Source: the human T2T-CHM13v2.0 reference genome, Homo sapiens
Length of the DNA: 64,000 nt
Strand: one strand, 5' to 3'
Assembly (NCBI RefSeq): GCF_009914755.1
Contig: NC_060925.1
The position numbers were made by a program, and so were the translations under genes. This document shows, one piece after another, positions 54,290 through 64,000 of this stretch (the stretch's first letter is position 1; every line of letters begins with the position of its first letter). Under the pieces are notes generated by a model that was given only the letters and a program-made list of their open reading frames with translations, was not told the origin of the DNA and did no database searches.

Positions 54290-55000
54290 TTCCAACCAGA
54301 AACTCAGAGTCAGCACTATCTCCCTTTTTTCCCTCACTCTCTTATGAGTCCCAAGACCCATCAATTCTAATCCTGAAATCAGTTCTTATCTACCTATTCA
54401 TACTGTCCCAGCTTTAATTTAGGCTTTTGTCATATCTTGGCTGGAAATTTTCAATGATTTTTCAACTATAATCTTCATGCCTTTAGACTCACTCCCTTAC
54501 CCTAACTATTGCAAGAATTTCTTTTAAACCACAAACCTGGTCACATTCATGGATAAAAATCCTTTGATGGCTCCTCAGTTACCTACTAGATAAAGTTCTT
54601 TGCATGGTATTCAAGGCCCTTCATTATCAGACCTCAACATATTTCTCCAACCTCACCTTCTACCAGACCACCTCCAATGCACACTATATTTTGGTCATCA
54701 CAAGTGACTTCCTCAACTTCTATATCTTTTATCTTTGCTTAAGTTGTTCCCTCTGCCTGGTAAGCCCTTTCTTTCTATCTCTTCTTCATATACTTCTATT
54801 ATCATTTAGGACCAAGCTGAAATGTCAAATCCTTTTCCAAGATTTTCCCACTTCCTCAACCCCTCTTTAAAGCATAAATATTTCCTCCTTTTCTGAACTT
54901 CACAGTACATTTTCATGCATCTTTTTCACCTTTTCAGTTGTGTATGTCTTTATCTTCATATGCCCATAGGTTCTCAATAAATGCTGAATGAATGATTGAT
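54290..55000 (+). mobile_element. L2 LINE 3' portion
   Basis: aaaatcctttgatggctcc...gcatggtattcaaggcccttcat...ataggttctcaataaatgctgaatgaatga. Confidence 0.8.
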
Positions 55001-55239
55001 CCAGAAAATAGATGGAGTAGTGAGAAGTAGTGAGAATATGACAATAAAGGAGAGATGATATGTACCCTCTCAGCTATTACTTTGAGTTACACTTACAGTG
55101 AGTCCTACAAAACAATGCAACATATAATCAAGATATATATGTTAATAAAATATATATGTTAAAAATATATTTTTATATTTATTTTATAAATATAATCAAT
55201 TATAAAAATATAAAAATATAATTTAAAATATATTTTATG

Positions 55240-55830
55240 ACTTTTCATTCATAATCTTTACCAACCAAAACATTTAAATACGTCTCCATTCAAAAATATC
55301 TGTGCTATGCATTATTGTAGGCCCTGGGATTTCACTGGAGAATATTACAGTTAAGGTACTCTTATAAAATTTACATTGTAGTGGTAGTAATGGATTACAT
55401 AAAATAGTAAACAGATAACCTTAGATTGTGATACATGCTAAACAGAAACGATAATGTGATAGCAAGGCTGGGCAGGAGCATTGTTAGGAAAGAGCTCTCC
55501 AAAGAGTTGGTATCTGAACTGAAACCTAACTGATGAGAAGGAGCCAAAGAGTTGGTATCTGAACTTAAACCTAAATGATGAGAAGATACACCTAAAGAGC
55601 ATTTAGGCTAAAGGAACAGCAAGTACAAAGTCTCTGAGGAGGCAATGACCTTGTGTTTAGAGGTGAGAAGATCGCTGTGGTTGGTGCTCAGTAGAAAGGG
55701 GAGCAGGAGACATTATTCAGAGATGAGGCTGGGAAGCAGGCAGTGACCATACCATGCAGGACTACATAGGGCATGAGGAGAATACTGCATTTTATTTTTG
55801 TTATGATGGGATACCTAAGAGGTTCCATTG
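55240..55830 (-). mobile_element. L2 LINE 3' portion containing a 42-bp tandem duplication
   Basis: gtaggccctgggat...aaaggaacagcaagtacaaagtctctgagg...gagatgaggctggg. Confidence 0.75.
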
Positions 55831-56492
55831 TAGGTCATTAAATTTATGACTAACCAAACTATAACAAATATCTCTTTAGCATGTTCTCTGATTATACCTT
55901 ATTATACTTTAATTCAAACACCCATTATACCTTGCCTGGACTACTGATCTCTACACTGGTTTCTCTAACACCAGGGCAATCCCTACATGAGCTTATATTA
56001 TTGTCAGATTTTCTTTAAATAAAACAAATGTGATCAAATTATACACTAGTTACAAATCTGTGAACTGTCCAAATGTTTACCCAATTTGCAATCTTTTGTT
56101 TTTATCTGCTACTTGACATGTTGGATGTTATTCAAGGGCTAAGTACATTCCCCTGGGTGTCAGCTGACTTTGATGACATCACAAAAAAAATGTTAAATAA
56201 TGTGACAGAGAGAGAGCATTTTTAAGCTTTAAGCTTTACATAGTAACATCAAACATTATAGCTAAGTATTTATTTTTAAAAGGACAATGGCCTACAGTTT
56301 AGAATGTCTTCTGCCAAAGTTAAAACCAAATTTATATAAATTTCATGGTATTTATAAAAACTGACATGGTATGCCAGCGCCATGATTATAATAATTTGTC
56401 ATTAGTATGGAAACACTTCTTAGCAATGCTCTTGCTTATGTCTATAATGTACATGCAGATGCATACTCATGTCTTCAGTTGACTTTGGCAAG

Positions 56493-59400
56493 CTATTTAT
56501 TTAATATACATAAGTGTGTAATTTGATGTACACACTTGTGTGACACCAAACCAATCAAGAACACTTCCATCACCACAGAAAGTTTCCTAGTACCCCTTCC
56601 CAGTCAGTCCTTCCAACCCAACCATCCCAGGCAACTGCTAATGTGCTTTTGTCTCTACAGATAAGATTTGTCCATTCTAGAATTTCATTTACATAAAATC
56701 ATGCCGTGTATTTGTGTGCAGGCAGTGTATGTGCGTGGGTATAAGTTCTTTTGCTCAGCATTATGCTTTTTAACTTCATCCATATTGTTGTATGTGTAGG
56801 TAATTTATTCCTTTTTATTTCTAAGTAATATGGTTAATTGGTTTAACCATTCACATGGTAATGAACATTTGCATGTTTCTAGTTTGGAGCTAATAATAAT
56901 AACAAGCTACTATAAACATTTGTGTACAAGTTTTGTGTGGATATATGTTTCTATTTCTATTGGATAAATGCCTAAAATTGAATTGCTGTGTTAAATGAAC
57001 GTGCTTAAGAACTTGGCAAATTATATTTCAAAGTAGTTGTACCACTTTACACTCCCATCAGCAATGTATGACAATTACAGTTGTTCTGCATTCTTGCCAT
57101 TCAAGTACGTATATAGTGGTATATCCTATTATTTTAATGTTCATTTTCCTGATTATTAAGGAAATAGAACATTATTTCATGTGTTTCTTGATGTTTTGTG
57201 TATCTTATTTTGTTTGAAGTATTTGATCATTTTAATTGGATTATGTGTCTTCTTAATATTGAGTTTTAAGAGGTTTTTTATTTATATATTCTGTATGTAA
57301 GTTATTCAGCAGCTGTATGAATTGGAAATATATTCTTAGTACCTTGCTTTTTCATTTTCTCAATTGTTCCTTTTGAGGAGATGTTTTTAGTTTTGATAAA
57401 GTCCAATTTATCAATTTTTTAAGTTCATACTTTTAGTGCCCTATGAAATCTTTCATCTCAAGACAGTGAAAATTTTCTCCTTTATTTTCTTCTAGAACTT
57501 CTACAGTTTCCACTTTTATGTTTAGATATATAATGTTTCAAGTTACATTATTATTTCTTCTATCCAATTTGTATTTAATTTTCTTTTTTATTTCTAACTC
57601 CCTAAGGTGGAATTTTAGATCACTGATTTTTAACCTTTCTTTTTATTCTAATATGCATATCTAAATATATAAATTTCCCTCAGAGCACTGTTTTAACTAC
57701 TATAGCTTTCCTTTTAAGTACACTTTAGATGAAAAAAATTGATATGCTGCATTTTTGTAATCATTTAGTCTAATTCCCCTTTTAATTGCTTACTTGATCC
57801 ACAGACAATTTAGAAGCATGTTATTTAATTTCCAAGTATTTGGAGATTTTCTAGATATCTTTTTGTTATTACTATCTAATTTAATTCCATTACGGTCAGC
57901 AAACATACTCTGCATGATTTTAATCACTTTAAATATGTAAAGACTTGTTTTATATCCCAAAATACAGCAAGATTAGCACTTTAAAAGCATCCACACGGTA
58001 CTGTTATTAGGTGCAATATTCTACAAATGTCAATGAGGTCAGGTTGGTTGACATTATTTTTCAAGATTTCTACGCACTGCTTTTTTGTCTACTGGTTCTA
58101 TCAATTGCTGAGAGAAGAATGCTGAGATAACCAATGATTATCGTGGATTTAGTCTATTTTCTGTCTTCAGTCTTATCAGATTTGTATTTTGAAACTGTCA
58201 TTTAAAGGTATACACATATAAGATTGTCATATCTTCTCAATGAGCTGATGTTTTTAAACATCCTTCTAAAGCTCTGCTAATATTTGTTTCAAAGTCTATG
58301 TTGTCTGATATAAATAAAGCCACTCCAAATTTCTTATACTATTTGCATGATTTGCATAGTATAACTTTTTATTATTTTCCTTTATGTTTCCTGTATATTA
58401 CTTATAAGTAGTATTTACCCATTTCTTAATTTTTCATTCAATCTTTGCCTTCTAGTAGATATGTTTGGTCTATTTACGTAATATAATGTTTTATATAGTT
58501 GGATCTAATTCTACTATGTTGCTGTTTGTTCTCTATCCCATCTGTATTTTCTTCGTTTTTTTCTTTAAGAAAAAAACTTTTCTTTTTTAAGAAAAACTTT
58601 TCTTTTTAGTATTTTATCTCCTCTTTCAATTTATTAGCTACATAGCTAAGCTAAATGTCTTTCTTCAGTTGTTGCTCTATTTTCACAATATTATTAACTT
58701 ATTAAAATCTACCTTCAAATAATATTATACTTTATGAATAATTTAAGATAATACAGCTCTATTTTTCAACTTACTCTGTCCATTTTTATTATTACACATT
58801 TTACTTCTATTCTTGTTTTAGACTAACAAATTTAGACCAATACATTATTTTATTTAAAATTTTAATGGAAAAAGTTTTTATATGTATCAGTATATTTATA
58901 TTTCTCATACTTTTCATTTATTTATGTAAATTTGAGTTTTCATCTTGTATCATTTTCCTTCTAAAAATTCATTTAACACTTCTTATCAAGATATATTCTA
59001 GCAATAAATTATTTCAGCTTTTGGTTATCTCAAAATGTATGTAGTCCTTATTTTTTAAAGGTATTTTTGCTTGATAAAGAATCTAAGCTGTTGTTTTTTG
59101 TTTTGTTTTGCTGAGTTGTTGTTTCCCCCCAGCACTTTAAAGATGTTCCTTTGTCTTTTGGTTTGCATTGTTTCTGGTCATTTATGTCTTTGTTTGCTTG
59201 TGTACAACATCTTTTCTTTTTCTCAATATGGCTGCTCTGAGATTTTTCTCTTTATAATTGACTTTCCGTGAGTTTATTATGATATGCCTTAATATAATTT
59301 TTGTGCTTATATTATTTGAATTTTGTTGAACTTCTTGGATATGTGTGGTTTTTGTTTAAATCAACACAGAAAAAAATCCAGCCATTATTTTCTTAAATAT

Positions 59401-60630
59401 TATTTCTTCTGTGCTGTCTACCTTTTCTGGGACTCCAATTAAAGATATGCAAAATTCCTTGACATTGTCCACAGGTCTGAAAGGCAATATTAATTTTTTT
59501 TCAGGCTTTTCTTCTTTCTATGCTTCAGTTTTGATAGTTTCTACTGTCCTATATTCAACTTCACTGATGTTTTCTTAAGCAATCTGCTCTTAGATCCATC
59601 AAGTGAATTTTCCATTTTGGATAAAGAAGTTTTTTTTATCTCTAGAAGATCAATTTTTTTTAATAGTTTCCATTTCGCTTCTTATTGTGTTCATGTTTTC
59701 TTTAAATTCTTGACATATTTATAATACATATTTTAATTTCCTTATCTGCTAATTCTATCATCGCTCTCATTTCTGAATCTGTTTCTACGATTATGGTTCA
59801 CATTTTCCTGCTTTTTTATATAGCATATAATTTTTGGGTGGAGCTAAACATTGTGAAAGTTATGGTGTTCAATATCTGAATTTTGTTGTTTTCCTTTGAA
59901 AATGTTAAATCTTTGATCTGGAAGGCAGATAATTTACTGGCAGATCAGCTTGTTCCTGTGGAGGCTTTTTCTTGCTATTTTTGTTGTTAGAACAGATCTA
60001 GAGAAGTCTTTACTCAATTTTTTCTTACTCCTAGGGCATGGGCCGTCTGGGATCTTTATAAAATACCCTAGGTGTTCCATGAAGTCTTTCTTCACTGGCT
60101 AGAGAACATTTGGCTCTCTGCCCTGCGTGAGAACTAGTTGTTCAGTTTACAGTTCCTTAGCAGTTGTTCTTCCTCAGTAGTTGCTCTTTGCCAAGCGTTG
60201 AATAGTCCTACCCTACACACCTGCAACTTACTATTCAGCCCAAAACTTAAGGGGACCCCAAGCAGAGTTTTTAACCTCTTTCTCTGCGTAGTTCCCACTT
60301 TGGTGGTACTCCATCCTACAAATTCTGGCAGCTTCAGCTTCCCCAAACTCTAATCTCTGTCTCTTCAGTTCAGCAAGACTACTGGATTCCTCTTGGATTC
60401 CTTTTCCTTTACTTGGGTCTAGTAAATGCTTCCAAGAAGAAAACGAGGTGATCACAGGGCTCGCCTTGCTTGTTTTCCACTTCTTATGGATCTTGTATAC
60501 TTCTTGTTCTCTAATAACTGAAAACAGTTTTCTTCTACATGTGTCTACTTTTCTAGTTTTTTGTTCATTGTTTATGGCAGAAGGCCTGGTCCAGTACTAG
60601 TTGCTGCATCATGGCTTGAAGCAGAAGTTC
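56493..60630 (-). mobile_element. Ancient L1ME-type element retaining 3' end, partial ORF2, ORF1 and 5' end
   Basis: 3'UTR (aacacttccatcaccacagaaagtttcct; ttctagaatttcat), ORF2 C-terminus (tttacactcccatcagcaatgtatga), endonuclease region (tttaatttccaagtatttggagattttc), ORF1 (cccagcactttaaagatgtt), 5' terminus (gtttatggcagaagg...catcatggcttgaagcagaagt). Confidence 0.8.
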
Positions 60631-61179
60631 ATGCATAGATGAAAACAATAAATATAATTCTAAAATCATATCTCACAACCAAGAAATAATGCTTAATCCT
60701 AATTAAAAATACTCCAAGTAAGTGTGGGCTGGGCCTAAGATAAGTTGGATGGTGGGTTGTGAGTAATCACCAATACAACTGCTGCATTCTACCCTATTCT
60801 CTCATACTCAATGAAAGATAGAAGAATACCAGCGAGAGAGGGCAATATTACAGTATGAATAAATATGAATCTAGTTTTTACTTTACCCAAGACATAACTC
60901 ACAAGCAATTACAAACATCTGTGTGTCCAAATATTAAGTGTTGAAAATCACCGTTTATTTAAAGGTAAAAACCCAGCCATAAAACTTAAAATACATAACT
61001 CTCAATATTTCATGTCAAACTATGTCTCCAGCCTTAACTGTCTCTAGTCTATCTTATCCACACCATATTTCAGCCTCCATGAATTGTACATCATTCCTAG
61101 AATGCATCATGCCTTGCTCAACTCATTTCTATCCTACTTTCAAGACCCCTCTAGCCTTGAATTAATAATTAGTCTAGTA

Positions 61180-61406
61180 TTAAAATATTTATTGAGTGCT
61201 TTCTATGTGCCAGATACTCTTAAAACTCTTCACATGTATTAACCCATTTAAAACTTACAATAACATTTTATCCTAACTTTAAAGATAAGGAAATTAAGGC
61301 TTAGAGAATTTTGAAACTAGCCCAGGGTTACACAGCTAGTAAGAAGGAAGCAGGAGTATAAACCCAGACTTGTATGACTCCAGAGCATGCACTTTTAAAT
61401 ACTACA
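61180..61406 (-). mobile_element. MIR
   Basis: atttattgagtgctttctatgtgccagatact...agataaggaaattaaggcttagaga...gcccagggttacacagctagtaag. Confidence 0.85.
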
Positions 61407-61567
61407 TTTCTTTTTCTTAAATTTTTGTTAGATGTTAGAATTACCCAAGGAATTTTCGAGAATCTCCATACAAGTCAAATATTAGAATTTCTGGGAGTAT
61501 GACTCAGTTAACATCTCCTAAAATCCCATAGATAATACCAACTTGCAGCCAAATTTGAGAATCAGTG
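61407..61567. mobile_element. MER5-like hAT-Charlie fossil
   Basis: ttagaattaccc..gg, attagaatttctgggagt, gcagccaaatttgagaatcagtg. Confidence 0.5.
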
Positions 61568-62581
61568 CACTACCCTAAATTTTTCAGTTCAAATGAATTT
61601 GGTATTGGTCAATGAGAGGTCAAGGAAGTGGCCAAAATAAATTTTATCATACTGGAATTTAGCATTTACCAAATGATTACTGATTATACTATGTAGAGTG
61701 GGCATCAGGGAGATAGAAATTGATTCCTCAAAACAACCTCAAACCCAAGCACCAGGCAACTGTTGGGTAATTGAATATCAAAAGTCTACTATTAGAGCAA
61801 TAATAAAACATGCCTCACTTTGTTATTGTGGTTGGCTGATTCTGTCTAAGTTACTGTTCCCTAGGCATTGCAGAATACCATAAAGTAAATAAGAGGCATT
61901 ACAAAATTGCTTTGTAAGTATAAGTACAGAACATAATACTGTTATATTGTTAAGTACAACCACTGAACACCGCATACTATTAATAACCTTTGAGGGATAG
62001 GGTGGAATATGGACTCGTGTTCATGTCAGAGAAATTAACATTCACCTATCAATAGTTATTGAGGAACATAGCATTTGTGTATCAGGTGAGAACACTATTC
62101 TTTCAAATCTAGTGTCCTGTCTCCAAGAATAGCCTATGCCCAGTGATTCAGCAGAACTCAACACGCAGCCACCCCCACTGTCATATACATACTACGTTTC
62201 TAGTAACTTGCTTAGAACAGAATTCTTTCTGGTCCCAGTAGGAAATCAGCTTTAGGATTAGAAATAATGAAATTCGATTAACTCCCTAAATTGGTTTGTA
62301 TATTTACAAATACTAATGCATCTAAACTCTGCCGGTGTGTAACCGCTGGTCAAATTCTGAGCTACATAGGTTTGCTTAATATTACTAGTATTCAACCAAG
62401 ATGGCACTTTATAAAATCACAGGTAAGGAGATACTTTTCTTATAGAGAGTAAAATTGCTTTTGAAGAATTTTTTTGGTTGTTGTTTTGTTCTGTGAAAAA
62501 AAAACATATACTTATGTTCAATAGAACACTTAAATGCACTTTATCAATATTCATTTAATATTCTGTTTTCCAACTGGAGAA

Positions 62582-63096
62582 TGTATCATCTGTCAGGCTA
62601 GGGTAGTCTATGTTGCAGTAATAAATATGGTAGTTTAAAACAATAATTTATTTCTCTTTTATTATTATTATTATTATTATTTAAGTTTTAGGGTACATGT
62701 GCACAATGTGCAGGTTAGTTACATATGTACACATGTGCCATGCTGGTGCGCTGCACCCACTAACTCGTCATCTAGCATTAGGTATATCTCCCAAATAATT
62801 TATTTCTCAAACACACTACCAGCCATTGGAGGTCTGCACTGCAGTCGTCAAGTTACTGTAGTCCACGAGGATTTGAGCTGATGGAGGGGCTTCTGAAAGG
62901 TGCTGGTAGCCATATAAAAAGGAAAGAAACTGTGTAAAAAGGATAGTTAACCACTCCCTGGCTTTTAAGTTTCCTCCCAGAAGTCAATTTCTGTTTCCAT
63001 GTCTTTGGCCAAAGGAAGCAAGAAACTACAAACGTTCCATGTGTCCAAAAAAGAGAATCAGCAAAACACTGATAAACAGAACTGATGTCTGCCATA
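62582..63096 (-). mobile_element. MaLR LTR (MLT1H/I-like), interrupted by a short L1
   Basis: tgtatc..tcaggctagggtagtctatgttgcagtaataaa...ttaaaacaataatttatttctc; ttggccaaaggaag; ends tgatgtctgccata. Confidence 0.75.
62657..62793 (-). mobile_element. Extremely truncated young L1 (L1PA2-type 3' tip)
   Basis: Antisense of tgggagatatacctaatgctagatgacgagttagtgggtgcagcgcaccagcatgg; (TTA)n tail; perfect 15-bp TSD aataatttatttctc at 62642-62656 and 62794-62808. Confidence 0.95.
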
Positions 63097-63900
63097 ATCT
63101 GCCCTTCTGATTACCAAATATTTGGTTTGTTCTCATTCTTGCATGCAAAACATATTTAACCCTATCCAAGAGAAAAAAGCCAAAACTTCCAAGATTACAA
63201 CATCAAGTTCAAAGCCTATGATCTCAAGATATTACACAGTGGTTTCTTCATCATTCATCATCACTCCACTCAGAAAGGAGAAAGTGGAGAACACAGAAGA
63301 GATGTTGGTCCATGACAAGTCTAAAGTTCTGGACAGATACTGTGAGACTTGCTATCCCAGAGGTGAGGAATATTCCTTGATTAGGCCTTGATTTCCTCCT
63401 TTTACATTGTTCTCTGTAGTCCTTGGCTTTGTCTTTTGGAAGATTGTTTCTTTTCCATTATACTTTTTGGCCACATATAAAATGGGTATCCGGAAATATG
63501 TTCTCCTTGGGAGCTTAGCAGCTTTCTCAGCCTACTTCTTCCCCATGGACAATAACTGTTATTGTCTGCAAAAGCTGCTAATTCCAAAGATCATGTTAAG
63601 TCTTAAACTTTTGTAGGCTTGTGATTTATTTGGCAGTGCAAAATTTTTAAAAACTTAGTAAGCTTCTTATCTGTTTTATTTCAGTAATTTTCACATACCA
63701 AAAACTATACCTATAGCTCTTTTCTGACGGAAGTTCTATATTTGCTATTTTGCTTTGGTTTCTTGACACTCCCCGCAATTCTTGTCTTTATTGCTGGCAC
63801 CTTTTGAATATCAGTCTCCGGGAGATCCACAACTTAAATCTCTTTTCTCCTAGGCTTTTTGTCTGATTGAAAGATTGAAAGTACTCTCTAGGTGTCAAGT
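63097..63900 (-). mobile_element. MaLR internal sequence (MLT1-int) abutting the LTR
   Basis: atctgcccttctga (antisense polypurine-tract-like) directly next to the LTR, then ttctc..gcatgcaaaacatatttaacc as in MaLR internal 3' ends; right boundary uncertain. Confidence 0.55.
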
Positions 63901-64000
63901 TGATCCATCTAATGGTTTTAATCGTAGGTATCCCTTGCGACAGTTATACTAATTTCCCATTTTTATCTTTTACTGTTTGAATGGGAAGCAATCATACAAG

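Noticed and set aside
55499-55585. CRISPR-like repeat-spacer array
   Set aside because: Only two copies separated by 3 nt, inside an L2, in primate DNA with no cas genes.
55570-55642. C/D box snoRNA (ATGATGA ... CTGA)
   Set aside because: Lies within an L2 relic, has a negligible terminal stem, and has no guide complementarity I can recognise.

Overview
AT-rich, CpG-depleted primate genomic DNA, most likely human or another great ape (it carries AluY, L1PA3 and an L1PA2-type 3' end). I find no recognisable protein-coding exon, CpG-island promoter, tRNA, rRNA or snRNA. A large share of the window is transposon fossils: 8 Alus, four young 5'-truncated L1PA insertions, several ancient L1M/HAL1 segments, many L2 and MIR fragments, L3/CR1, five MaLR (MLT1) LTRs (one with internal sequence) and a few hAT DNA-transposon relics, often nested. 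The protein-like ORFs in the track are broken L1 ORF2; the rest are Alu-derived or chance ORFs. L1 and LTR orientations are balanced, which suggests intergenic or lncRNA territory. Repeat subfamily names come from recalled consensus features, and boundaries of old repeats are approximate. I cannot support a claim of a new biological system. The best leads, all inferential, are: (i) three unique-sequence segments bounded by canonical minus-strand splice sites (41790-41638, 26647-26563, 2071-1947), two of which could splice into a 45-aa ORF with a hydrophobic core; (ii) inverted Alu and L1 pairs bracketing two of those candidate exons; (iii) several enhancer-like motif clusters (SMAD, homeodomain/TALE, CRE/UPRE, EGR/G4).
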